Notes under the pieces: generated by a model
The model's input: the letters and a program-made list of their open reading frames with translations, nothing else
Told to the model about the DNA's origin: nothing
Database searches by the model: none
DNA from: Octopus vulgaris
Taxonomy: Eukaryota
Assembly: GCA_951406725.2 (NCBI GenBank)
Contig: OX597814.1
Span: 164,734,001-164,798,000 of the forward strand
Length of the DNA: 64,000 bases
Direction of reading: 5' to 3'
Made by a program: the position numbers and the translations under genes
Shown: in pieces, positions 30,369 through 43,447 of the stretch
How the letters are laid out: every line of letters starts with the position of its first letter
Position numbering within the stretch: the stretch's first letter is position 1

Positions 30369-31254
30369 ATGGATAAGTCGGAAATTCGTACAGTTTTCTT
30401 GGAAATACAGCATCACAGACAGCTCGGAATATTAATGGAGTATTTCATTCTAATGTTATTACACAGCGATGTCAGGTCTCCGCTTGGAGCTACTGGTAAC
30501 ATGTAACCCAGTACAACCTGTTACATGGTCGGGTCGTTGGCGACTAAACTGGCAACCCCACCAAGATTTCTTGGTGAGGAGGGTGATTTGGACACCGAGC
30601 AGGACTAAAAACAAAACCTGTCAAAGGGCAGAGGAACTCTCTCATGAGTCAATGGCCATCCAAAATCCGGAGTGGAGCCCCTAAGGCGGTTGGATTGCGC
30701 CATGCGTGCCACCTTCCGGCAGCTCCTGCATCTTGGTCTACCCCCAGTCGTCTTGACTTTGTCTTGCCACTGGATCCGGCGCACCAGGACGAGAGAGTGA
30801 GGCTGATCCTGCGCAAGTCACCCTCACTATAATCCAAGTCACGCGCATGTCACGACATCATGACGCCATGACACCATCCCAAAGTCCTGTGGCGATGGAG
30901 AAAAGACATTGGCCTCACCAGCCACCTCCGGTCTCATGGCGGCAGTTCCATCAGATGATGTCAGTTGGTCATCTTCGAACCGAAAGACGAACATTATTAC
31001 ACAGCAGACACAAAAATGAATCATTTTTTAATCGAATTGTAACATGTGATGAGCAATGGATCCATATAACGACCGTAAACGTTCAGCGCAATGGTTGGAC
31101 AAAGACGAGCCACCAAAACACAGTCCAAAAAGCAAAATTCATCAAAAGAAGCTGATGGTGTGTGTTTGATGGTCTGGTGCAGGTGTGATCCATTGTGATT
31201 TAATTAAACCTGGCTCAACAATCACGGCCGAAGTATACTGCAGTCAACGGGACC
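30369..31254 (+). pseudogene. Mariner transposase relic, internally deleted and interrupted
   Basis: N-terminal MDKSEIRTVF..ASQTARNING; then RHKNESFFNRIVTCDEQWI, RKRSAQWLDKDEPPK, HQKKLMVCV*WS, LIKPGSTITAEVYCSQ (mariner catalytic-domain motifs) with frameshifts. Confidence 0.85.
30468..30993 (+). mobile_element. ~526-bp GC-rich non-coding element resembling an RTE-clade LINE 5' leader, with 12-bp TSD
   Basis: ttattacacagc at 30456-30467 and 30994-31005; first ~190 bp homologous to 52529-52720; RTE assignment is recognition only. Confidence 0.65.
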
Positions 31255-31900
31255 AAATCTACTGCATCAAATGCCCGAATTGTGAAAAACTGTATGTTGG
31301 CCAGACAGGCAATGCACTATCAGAACGCTCCGGCAACAAATTAAAAATCCAGAAGTCCGCCAAATACCGCTGAGAAACAATCTAACAATATGTGGCCGGA
31401 AAATATTTAAAATATTTCCATTTCATAAACTATACAATCCGAATGAAATCGAGAGAAAACTGAGAGAAAAGGAACTTTATTAATAAATTCAAACCCAAGC
31501 TTAATAAACTATGATAAAAAATAATCTTATTTAAGGTTTAAAAGTCTTATCCTCATACCTAAAATATAAAAATCTCTAAAAAGTACTGCTGTGATGTTTT
31601 CTAAAAATAAACACTGAAAAATGGTATGGTATCGTTTGTAAAACTAGCCAAGCAACTACTATTTCTATCCATAGGAATGTATATAAAGGACAAAATTTAA
31701 CCAGTCAACCACAGTTGAAACCAATGAACACAACTGTCACCACAACCATATGAACCGGAAGTTTGCATAAATACAAGAAAGTATACTAGTTCAATAAGAA
31801 TGGACATTTAATATTTCATTTCATTTATTTTTACTATATTATTTAATATCTTATATTAATACTATAAGATTATAAATAAAACACGAAACGCAGAGTTGGA
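31255..31900 (+). mobile_element. Penelope-like element 3' fragment (GIY-YIG endonuclease and UTR)
   Basis: IYCIKCPNCEKLYVGQTGNALSER ... RKLREKELY..KFKPKLN. Confidence 0.8.
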
Positions 31901-31938
31901 ATTCATTTGAGTAATCTCTCTCTCTCTGTCTCTCTCTC

Positions 31939-32002
<64 letters not shown>

Positions 32003-32236
32003 TATAAATATAGATATAGATATGTAAAGGTAAGATCCGAGGATCTAGGTGTAGGAAGTTAATGAGCTTCAACCAATCAGTAGAAAATATAAAAAAGAAA
32101 TTTCAGGAACAATAGTGGTTTATTGGCGCGGAAGGTTGTACATTTTTCCCACATCGAAGTACGACAAGCTGAAAAAAGTTAATTCTCTAGCTCTCGGTTA
32201 GCGAAAGGGGTTGTCGTATATGCGAATAAACATGCA

Positions 32237-32502
32237 AAAATTAAGGAATGGAGAGATACAATCCGGGCAACATATATTTCATAGCTATCGGAACCTCAGC
32301 AATAGTTAATTATCCGAATCAAGGGTAGACCGCAAACTACTCTATATGGAGTTTACATTTTCGCCAGGAGATCCCATGTTAACGACAATGTAAACTTCAT
32401 AAAATCAAGGTATCCTTGGCCTGAGGGGTAGCTTGCGGTCTACCACTCCTTTGGATAATTTATTACTCCTGAGGTTCCACATACTCCATTCCCTAATTTT
32501 TT
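32237..32502. repeat. Imperfect fold-back, ~120-bp arms, next to (TA)n
   Basis: ggaacctcag/ctgaggttcc, ggtagaccgcaa/ttgcggtctacc, agtttacatt/aatgtaaact nested inversions. Confidence 0.75.
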
Positions 32503-32604
32503 AATTATATATATATATATATATGTATGTATACATACGTGTGTGTGTATTCACACGTGTATATATATAATATATAAATATATATATATATATAAGTATG
32601 TGTG

Positions 32605-32635
<31 letters not shown>

Positions 32636-34118
32636 TGGGAAAGAAAGGGAGTACAGGGCAATGTTTTGACGCTGATTATGAATGCCAATAACATAGTTGA
32701 AGGAGTATGTCTCAGGGTAGCGTACAGCATACAAAACACAAGTTACTCTAGCGTCTTATAAATGATATAGTGAAACAAAACACATCGACTAACTGAATCT
32801 AATCCTGAAATTATCAGACGAATTCGAAAACGGGTGTTTAAAATCTGAAAACAATAAGCAAGATATGAATAATTCCTATAATATCAGTTGATCGAAAATT
32901 TTGTACAATACTCGTATATACAACGCAGAATATATTTGAACTTTCAGCTTGCTCATCCCTCTTTGATTCAAAGAATTTTCTTTCTTAAAGTTGTATGAAT
33001 AGAAAAGATTTTTGATACTAAGTTGAGCTATTTTAAAAAGTTTTGTAACTTGGAGATTTGAGTGTTACGAAATAAAAAGTCTTTATTTTCTTGAACACTC
33101 CTTCTTAACCGATTCACTTGAAAAGTATGGCTTTCTATTTTTATCTTTATTTTCTTTTCGCCGTTTGATATTTTGCAATATGCAAATGTTTTCTCATGAA
33201 AATTCGTGTCCTTGGGAATAATGTGCTTAAAACACTTAAGAAAATTGCTTAAAATTATTTCAAAAATCTACTTCAAGCAATTAAACAACAATTGTCTTAC
33301 TGTCGATTTTCGAGAAAGTAAATTAGCGTCTCAGTGTTCTGCATGAATAACACAATGACGTTATGGAGAAGGAAAGAAAAAATATCGTATATTTAGATAT
33401 TGGGTAGAGGTTCTATTATGTAAAAAAATGAATCAGGTTTAATATGCTATGATAACGTGTAGGTTGATTAGTGCACGTCAGGGTGAATGGGTGCAAGATG
33501 TAGTCTTGGCTGCTCTAAATTAATGATATTATATAATTAAAGAGAAAGATTTAATTTATCCCAGTTCGTCCAGGTCACCTAGAATGATGATTTTAGTGTG
33601 TACATTAGTGCATCTTTCGAATATCTTTATACCCAAGTAATTTTACAGCATTTATGATGAGTAATTGAGTCTGGTGTTCCATAAATGACATAGATTAAAG
33701 TTCCTGCGTTACATCGACTGTTAGCAACCAACACAAGGGGCACTGAGCTACTCTGGCGTGCTTTCTAGACTGACGATCAGCACCTTTTAGATCTGAAAAC
33801 AGTTGCAATCCTAAAAGGGCAATATCTGTGCTGTGTTGCAGGCAGGTTAAATAAAATTGGAGTTTCATAGTTTTAGGAAATCGGTATTGATTTACGTGAT
33901 GTGTATTATGACTAAAGTCGAGGAGTTACTTGGAAGGAATCGGAAGAGAGATGCGACACAAACTTCCTGAAAGGATGAAGTCTTCTTAGCGAGTTCGTCA
34001 TCTTGCAACATAAGTTCAAAAACAACAATAACTTCTCATATTTCTAATACTTTTATGTATGATATTTTGATGATTCATATCCTTTAAATAATTTTGTACA
34101 CACTCACATACATATACA

Positions 34119-34184
<66 letters not shown>

Positions 34185-34216
34185 GTACATACATGCCTAT
34201 ATGTGACACATTCAAT

Positions 34217-34425
34217 ATGTGACCGTGTGTGCATCGTTGGCGATTTTTTTCCTCAGTCTTCCCTTCCTTAGATCTTTCCCTTTTCTAGGTTTCTGACGAA
34301 GAGCTCTGCTCGAAACGTTAAATCTTCCTTCTTTCTTTCTTTTCCTGACCGTCCAATGACACTATACCTGTTCCACGTCCTAGCGTTGTTGTGTTTTCTC
34401 TTTGTTTACATGTTTGGATTAATTT
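34217..34425 (+). mobile_element. Family E element with canonical-core hammerhead (34287-34325)
   Basis: aggttt-CTGACGA-a-gagc/tct/gctc-GAAA-cg-TT-aaatct. Confidence 0.8.
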
Positions 34426-35524
34426 TACATGCCTATACATCTACATGCATGGATGTGTAAATACACAAACACACACGCGTATGTACCTAAGTACATAGTT
34501 ATACACTCACAGAACTATGCATACCTGTATTTTCTTAGTGATTCTTTTATGCATATGGATACATATACAACTATAGACTCACGTTCGTATTTGTATTTAT
34601 ATGTAAATATACATATCTACGCAATACATTTGTATTTATACGTAAATATACACATAAAAAATATATATCTACGCAATCATACATAGCCACACACATGAGC
34701 AAATGATACATGCATAAATGTAACAAACCATGTATTCATATGCTTATAATTAAGCAGAAAAATTGAAAATGTTCTTTAAAGTATTAGGAAAACATTACTC
34801 AATCGAGATATAAGTTGATATTAAATGATTCAGTATTGCTTCTACAGTTCAGTTTCAACACCTTATTAGATATAAAGTAAAACATAAAAGGGAAACAAAT
34901 AAAGGGGGAGTCTTATTTGACAAGACATGTACATACAAAGTGTATTCTTCATGCGTATGTTAGAGATAATTATAATTGCATTTATGTGTGTGTTTGTGCT
35001 TGCGAGCGCGCAAACATGTCATTTATGATATTTGAATGCGGAAATCAAATTAGTTGCTTTATATCTAAATAAAGTTGATGCTGCACAATACAGGGCAAGG
35101 TGGTTTGTGGCAATAACGTAAGTGTACATTTTATTGAAACTACTGATATTGCTTCTTTTACATTTATTGTCGACATCTGAAATATTTTGCCACAAGTATA
35201 AGATCTCCAAATTATGAGGACATGCAGAGGAGAGTGGAGAAGAGCATTACCACCCGGTTCTACTACATATCTTGTACTTGAAACAGAAGATGATACGGGG
35301 GTCGAGGTGGACTACGAAAAGGAGGAATGTTGATATCTGTGGGTGAGAAAGTGACCAGATTAAACATGATATTTCTTTCCTTGTTTTTAAGAGCAGTAGT
35401 CTAATCGTTATGTAAAGTGACACCGCAAACTGACAGGTGGTAGGAAAAGCTGCTTGGCGAATTGAAATTACTAATTCCGACATTTGAAGTTGCTTAGGTG
35501 TGGTTGCATATGTCATGAAGTGAA

Positions 35525-35768
35525 GGTGCATGGATTACTGGTTAGGATGCTGGACTCGTGATTGTAAGATTGTGGTTTCGATTCCTGGACCGGACGACGA
35601 TTTGTGTTCTTGAGCTAAACACTTCATTTCACGTTGCTCCAGTCCAATAAACAGGCAAAAACGAGTAATCCTGCAACGGACCGGCGTTCCGTCTAGATGG
35701 GGAATTTATTCTCCATGAAAGCAAGAAACCGGCCCTTATGAGTCGGGGTGACTCGAGAAGGTAACTTT
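35525..35768 (+). mobile_element. SINE related to family C, different 3' part
   Basis: B box ttcgattcc, ttcatttcacgttgctccagtcca. Confidence 0.75.
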
Positions 35769-35991
35769 GCCTATACGTCGTGAAAGTGCTAATATACACC
35801 ATAACCAGAACGCCCAGTTTAATTATCGTATAAAGATTTACAGAGGTCATATTTATAACAGTAAACCTGAATGTTGGAGACTGCTGGAGAATGAAAGTAG
35901 TTTGTAATATGAAATTGGGTTTAGGGCTGGCTGTGAGCTTGCTATTGGAGCTGAAGGAAGAAGTGCAACAAATTGGACTAGAGCATTTAAA

Positions 35992-36138
35992 GCAAGTATG
36001 GGCAACCTTTTTCGAGAATTGGGCTGCATGAGATATGAATTATGATCAGGTGGGTCACACTACTAAAAGTATATTCAAGATCATTTTTCATTAGGTGTGC
36101 CATTCAAAAATTCCAGAGGGCCGCCATTTGCCCACGAT
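35992..36138. mobile_element. Possible hAT-like MITE remnant
   Basis: tgggcaac ... tttgccca inverted ends. Confidence 0.4.
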
Positions 36139-36981
36139 TTTTAGATTCTAAAACGCTAGAAGAATGTGCAGAGGTTATGCGCGTTGCAATGTATGAGATT
36201 GATGGAGGTACAATCAAAATGATCGCTGTCATGGAATTATGAATCGACAATTAGAGATAAATAGGCAAGTGCAACGTATATAGATGGAGCATTTGAAGAT
36301 GCCTGTATATGTATTACAGAAGGGGAAGGAAGGCACTTCCAGCCAAGAGGTCACGCAAGTTGATATCGATTCCCATAGTTTCTGAACGGAAGTATCAAAA
36401 TAATGATTACAGATAGTATGTGGTGGTGGTGGTGGTGGTGGTAGCGGTGGTGGTAGCGGTGGTGGTGGTGGTGGTGGTGGTGGTGGTGGTGGTGGTGGTG
36501 GTGGTGATGATGATGATGATGATGATATTAATGAAAGTAGTTGAATTTATGATTTTGGATCTAGAAATCAGCTACTGACAAAAGCTAGAGGACATTCCAA
36601 AGACAGTTTTCTTCGTGTCATCAAACAAAAGCGTTAAAAAGATTCCTTTGCCAAAAGACATTTTGATAAATTTGAATCAAATCAAGCTGTAAAGAAGACA
36701 ACGCCTTTTTACATACACATACACTTGACTACATAAACACATACACATACATACATACATACATACATACATACATACATACATACATACATACATACAT
36801 ACATACATTCACGAGTGAAAGGAAGATGAGGAGAATAAAAAACGAGGCGAGGATAAAACTAAATATCTGAGAATTTAATTTGTTTAATTAATTGAACCCG
36901 AGGGGTATATAAAGTAAAATACAACACAGATGGCACCTTTGTGACTCCAAAATGTTGTTGTTCATAATTTGGAAGTCTTAC

Positions 36982-37011
36982 TTTTGTAACAAAATGTTTG
37001 AGGGAATGTCT
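36982..37011 (-). other. Candidate 30-nt microexon
   Basis: Minus: TACTGAC branch-like motif, pyrimidine-rich tract, CAG|AGACATTCCCTCAAACATTTTGTTACAAAA|GTAAGA; no homology evidence. Confidence 0.3.
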
Positions 37012-38334
37012 CTGGTGAATGTGAATAAGAAGTGTCAGTATATTCATTAAAACATACACTGAAGCAATTGTCATAAAACGCCCTCTCTTATTATTGTGCA
37101 GTATAAGCGGTTTAGATATAAACAAAACAACATGTTTTAATATCAGATTCAACCATTAACAACAACACAAATAAACAAACGCACACACATTTCATAAATG
37201 CAATTATAATTATCTCCTAGACTTACATGAAAAATGCAATTCGTACGCACATGTCTCGCAGAAGAATAGTGGCGACTTAAGAAAAGATTACGTTCTATCA
37301 GGTATCGAAGGTGCCACGCAGGCTCAGATCTGACTCAGCACATTCTGTTTCCACAATACTATAAAAGAATATTTTCAATTTTGTAAATAAAATTTATACT
37401 TTGAAAGAAAGATATTGTATTTGATTCAGAGAAATTGAATCAGTGACTACGAAGTAGCGGCATGAGGAAACGTTTTGACATTTCAAGATAATGTTATTAT
37501 GTCAAAATGAAAGCACTTTTTATATGGTCCATTTGAGGGTAGTTTTTCAATAATTAAAGTAAAATTTGCGTAGATTTTTACATACTAATGTTCTTTCTTG
37601 GCAGATTACTGTGTACCATAGTGTTTAAATTCGTATCAATCTTAGCCTTTTAAAATGAGTTTAAATCAGACCCATATTAGACATTGTATACTATATGAAT
37701 TCAAAAGGGGCTCTTCAGCAATGTAAGCAGCGATAAATATTAACTCTTGCAATGAAAATAAATAAAACATTAAGTGTCCAGACACGCAAACAATGGTTTG
37801 GCCATCGATGGTTTTTGCTGGGAGAAATTTTTCTCTCGCAGAATCTCCTTGATTTGGACGTCAAGTTCGGTCTATAATAAACATCTGAAAACCGTTTTTG
37901 AGGAAAATTCAAAGCTAACAGCTCGAATATTAACAAAACAGTTCAACTGAAGTCACACTTCGATCATAAAATACATTCGTGAACTAGGAAATGTGTCTAA
38001 ATTTAGTAAGTCCCTCACCTGACTGCTTCTTAGTTTAATGAAAGAACTGAAGGGTAGGCTTGCTACCGAAACTTTCCTGGGTACAGTCATCTCAAGTAGT
38101 GAAAAGTAGATTTTCTATAATCATATCAACGAAAATGAGAATGATTAGCATCCAATGAAAAAGGAGAATTCATCACCAAATCAGGACTAAACCCGAAAAA
38201 ATCATACGCTATGTTTGTTGAATTACGAAGGGTTTCGTCTTTACTAAAGTGCTTAATTAAGACGAAACAGTTAATGCAGAGAAGTAATAAAAATAGCCAG
38301 AACAACAACAACAATAAAAATAATAACGACGATG

Positions 38335-38366
<32 letters not shown>

Positions 38367-38497
38367 GATAATAATATGTATTAAAAAAATAATGAATAAA
38401 TAAATTCATGAATGGATGTTGTTTTCACAGCGATAATGCTCTTCTCAGTACATGAGACGTTCCAGTTAACACGATTTTTTGCACTTCCTGTAAGAAT

Positions 38498-39270
38498 GGT
38501 AAATGCAACGATGGGATAGAAACAGTCGACCACCTAATCTTTGGATGTAAGGTTTTAGCACCTGTAGAGTATAAATCAAGACATGACAAAGTCGGCCAAT
38601 ATCTACATTGGATGGTGTGTTGGCTTTATAAAATCAAAACTGCTGACAAATAGTACAAACACCACCCTGAGGCTGTAACTGAGGAAGAAAATGCAACGTT
38701 TCTTTGGAACTTTCTAGTCTGTATGGACAGGACCATCAAAACAAATAAACCAGATATTGTTGTGAAAGGCAAAAGCAATAAAGTCTGTTTATTGATTGAC
38801 ATGATCATACCCTGTGACCATAATGTTTCGGCAAAAGAATTTGATAAGCTCAGAAAATATAAAGATTTGCTGATCGAAATCGAGAAGATGTGGCATCTCA
38901 AGACGGTTACAACACCGGTGATTGTAGGTGTACTTGGAACGATCAAAAAAGGAACTGAAAATTATCTAAGAATGATCCCTCGCTTACCATCTATGCATGA
39001 AGTGCAAAAGATTGTCTTTACTTGTACGCTACACGTATTGAGAAGAGCATTGCAGCTGTGATGTTTCTTTCTTTTTCCCCCTTTATTTGTTTTCTTTTTA
39101 TGTTTAATTTTCCTTTTTCTCTCTGTCTTTCTCTTCTCTATCACATGACTTTGTAAATGAACAATCTGGTATGTTTGTTTTAATGGACTACCAATGTATA
39201 TAGTAGGTCTCTGTCCTAGGTGTCAGGAAGACACTCGGCAAGAAATGTAAACAGAATTGAAAGAAGATGC
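38498..39270 (+). mobile_element. R4/Dong-clade LINE 3' part: zinc knuckle, RLE endonuclease and 3' UTR, followed by (TAA)n
   Basis: KCNDGIETVDHLIFGC..RHDKVGQYLHW; DRTIKTNKPDIVVK..LLIDMIIPCD..KEFDKLRKYKDL (PD-(D/E)xK-type RLE); in-frame stop upstream. Confidence 0.9.
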
Positions 39271-39336
<66 letters not shown>

Positions 39337-39337
<1 letters not shown>

Positions 39338-39870
39338 GCTCTGATGCTGTGCCAAACACTGGCCCGTTATGGCTTTTGATTTAAACTGATTGGAAATGTT
39401 ATTATATACATCTTTTATCCTGGTATAAAAGATGGACTACAGCAAATATTCTGCTCAATACCACAGATTTGCTTGTCAGATGCTTGACTGTAACCAGTTA
39501 AGCATATCCCTTATTGGCTGACGATGTGTGTATTTCTGATCACGAGCAGAAGCAGATGGAGAGCATCATAGTCATGTACTGAGATTAATTCTTTGGGGTT
39601 TGAATAATTCACCTCAGGAAACATGGATGTTTCGTTCATCATCCTTAAAGAAACCTTATTCAGGGACCTTTTGAGCGAGATGGGCTACTTGACCTGAAGA
39701 CAATCGTAACTAGGCTCCACCTGCAAGGTCATGCGCTGTTTATCTTGCTATGAGATCACCATGTTCATGTCATGTACATATGGTTATGATACATGTCATG
39801 ATGGATATACTGGGTTTCGTAAATTTTGCCCCAGTGTCACTTTGATGGTATGCACTACTCTTTCACTCAA
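39337..39870 (+). mobile_element. Family D element in (TAA)n
   Basis: Collinear with the reverse complement of 7704-8253. Confidence 0.75.
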
Positions 39871-39904
39871 TAAAGATAAACATACTACTACTACTAATAA
39901 TAAT

Positions 39905-40119
39905 AATCCTTTCTACTCTAGGCTTAATGCCTGAAATTTGCGGGAGGGGACCAGTCGATTACATCGACTCTAGTGTTTCGCTGGTACTTAATTTATCAAC
40001 CCCGAAAGGATAAAAGGTAAAGTCGACCTCGGTGGAATTTGAACTCAGAATGTAGCGACTGGCGAAATATCGCTGGGCACTTAGCCGGCGTGCTAACGAT
40101 TCTGCCAGCTCACCGCCTT
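39905..40119 (-). mobile_element. SINE family B
   Basis: Full head-to-tail match. Confidence 0.85.
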
Positions 40120-41209
40120 AATAATAAAATTACAAATTCGCCGCACTCTTTCATTCAGTGCAGGTTTTTCGGAGTAATCATAGCACGCAGCATAGGTGAT
40201 GTGCTCCAACCATGTCCAATCGGTTGAGAAAGTTGCATTGCAATCATAAGGTCTCGAGTTAAGTCCCAGTGCCTAGTACGTTGATCAAATGATTTTTTTA
40301 ATGGCCACGAGTCCAGCCGATCCTTGTGTGCGAAAGTGGGTCAACGGAAGTTCGTCGGTTTGATTGTATACGTAATTCAAAGGACCAACCTTGTTATACA
40401 CTGTAACACGTTGATTATCCCTAAGAATTACATTAAGAATACTTACGTCTTAGGAATACTCAGAACGTAAAGAAATCGCATGCATATATTAAAGCTGTAG
40501 AAATAGCAAGACGAAAGACTTACGGAGTTCACTTCACAATTATTAGCTTTGGGAGGGCGGCGAGCTGGCAGAAACGGGGTCGATAAATTAAGTACCAGTT
40601 GCGTACTGGAATCGATCTAATTCCCCCAAAATTCAATGAACTAGATGTTTTGTTGATCGAAAATTTGGAACAGACATCGTCGATATCGATGAAACACCAT
40701 TATATATTTTATAGTAGTATTGAGGAAATATTGTGCAACAAAGAGAAAATCTGCTGCTAAGATAGTAGTTTTGTTCTTGCCATTGTTGTTGCTTTTGTTG
40801 ATGGATTTGACTGCGGGAAGATGTGTGTTAAAACAGCACGCATTTGACATTTTATAATATTTGGTTTCGTTAACGCCTGTTAGATTTGTTGTATTCTATT
40901 ATCATTTCATTATAACAAGGAACACGGAAAGAACTGAACACACACACACACGCACATATATATACATATATACATATATGTATATTTATGTATGTACATA
41001 CATGTATATATACATATATGCATACATATACACGTGTATACATACATATATATACACATATATATATATACACATATATAATTATAAATATGCATATATA
41101 TACATGCATGTATATATGCATAAATATATACACTCATATATACATATACTTATATATATAGTGTGTATGTGTGCGTGTACACACACACACACATATATAT
41201 ATATATATT

Positions 41210-41266
<57 letters not shown>

Positions 41267-42044
41267 ACACATACGCATACAAACACACATAAGTTAATTT
41301 CTCGTTAGGATGGGAATTTTGTCATTTGTATTTCGTTCGGTCCTCACAGTAGGAGTTCGACATAGCTATAGTAGTAGCAGTAGAAGAGGACTCTCATAAT
41401 AACGCTAACGTCATCTTTCGGAGGAGGGCAAAGAACATAGAAATCTCTTGTGTATTGGGAACAGTTATAGAAAGAATATCAACAATTGTAACATTAACTG
41501 CAGCAGCTGCACCGCCAACAACAACATCATCAACATAAATTATGACAAAACTAAGAAACGTTAGTTTTAATGTAAATAATAGAAAGAGTTCTCTGTAGGT
41601 TGGTACGATGAGTATTCAATCGTTCGAAAACTGAATTGCAAGCTTCGTGTATTACTGTATAAAAAAAGAGTTTTTTTTTTCTACAGAAACGGGTATCTTT
41701 CCCCACTGTACGCTTACGTAATCATTCAGAATCAATATGACGAGTGTATAGCAAGGATGAATCTTTGAAGTAAAGGTATAACCTATACAATAATTTCCAT
41801 CAATATAATTTCACTTGTTTGTCTCGAGTTAACTCAAGACAATGATAAAATACACTTACCCAACATGTCGTGATGTAAGCATGTTGGGTAAGTAATTTTG
41901 ATGGGGAGGAAAGGAAATCAGTACCAACGACCCTGGTATTTGTCAGTGCTTTATTTTATTGAAGAAAATAAAATGTTATATCGAACACGGCTGGTTTTGA
42001 ACTCAAAATGTCAAGAGCCGGAACAACACCCCCAAAACAAATAA

Positions 42045-42610
42045 TTCGTTTCTACTCTAATCACAAGGCCCGAAATTTTGGGGGAATTAGATCGACCCCA
42101 GTACACAACTGGTACTTAATTTATCGACCCCATTTCTGCCAGCTCGCTGTCCTCCCAAAACTAATAATTGTGAAGTGAACTTCGTAACTCTTTCGTCTTG
42201 CTACTTCTAAAGACATGCATGCGCGGTCTTTACGTTCTGAGTTCAATTTCCGCCGAGGTCGACTTTGCCCTTCATCCTTTCAGGGTCGATAAATTAAGTA
42301 CCAGTTACGTACTGGGGTAGATTTAATCTACTGGCCCCCTCCGCCAAAATTTCAGGCCTTGTGCCTAGAGTAGAAAAGAATATATGCATGCGATAAAGCG
42401 GCGTGTTGGCAGAATCATTACCGCGCCGGGCAAAATGCAAAGCTCTGTTTCGTCCGTCCTTACCTTCTGAGTTCAAATCCCATCGCGGTTGACATCGCCA
42501 TTCATACTTTCGGAGTCGATAAAATGAGTACCAGTTAAACACTGGAGTCGATGTAATCAACTAAACCTCTCCTCCGAAATTGCTGACCTTGTATCGAAAT
42601 TTGAAACCAG
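42045..42610. mobile_element. Cluster of three SINE family B copies (one minus and deleted, two plus)
   Basis: Family B motifs at 42045-42150, 42225-42381 and 42398-42610. Confidence 0.85.
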
Positions 42611-43217
42611 CATACGCATGCGATAATGAATGAAACAAGAATGATGCTATTTTAATGAGTGTACATTAGAAAAAAGAAAAGAAAGAGGGAGAGGGAAAGT
42701 CATAGAGAGAGAGAGAGATAAGGTGCTTGTATATGCACATGAATGACAGAACGTGTCTGCGTGTGTTGTTTTGGCAATAATACAGGTTGTTACAGAGATA
42801 ATACCAAAATAATGGTTGTGTATTCTAACCTCTACGTAATTCATCTTTTATTGGAGCCTCCAGTTGGACAGTAATTTGAACTTTACAATGCTTTGGTACA
42901 GATCAACAGTGGCATGAATTGCTATTAGTACTTAAGTGGTAATAAGATGATGCAGGGCACAAAAGCCATTCGATGTGCTGAGAATCATAGTCATAATATT
43001 GACTCTATGGGAATTCTTTAATAGTTTATGCAGCTTCTGTGCTTCCGTATATACCAGTATTGCTAATGGTAAATTTTCTGTTTTGAATATCTCGTAACAT
43101 ATAACAAAATCTGCAAAAGAACATGATTTTATAATAAAGAGTAAAAAACAAATATGCAAAAGACAACTTTATGGGAGTATGCATTTCGGAACCTATGCAC
43201 ATGAAACTGTCAATTCT

Positions 43218-43447
43218 ATTTCTTTACTACCCACAAGGGGTTAAACACAAAGAGGACAAACAAGGACAGACAAACGGATTAAGTTGATTACATCGAGCCC
43301 AGTGAGTAACTGGTACTTAGTTTATCGACCCCGAAAGGATGAAAGGCAAAGTCGACCTCGGCGGAATTTGAACTTAGAACATAACGGCAGACGAAATACG
43401 GCTACGCATTTCGCCCGGCGTGCTAACGTTTCTGCCAGCTCGCCGCC
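43218..43447 (-). mobile_element. SINE family B, full length
   Basis: ggcggcgagctggcagaaacg head to ttgtgggtagtaaagaaat tail. Confidence 0.92.
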
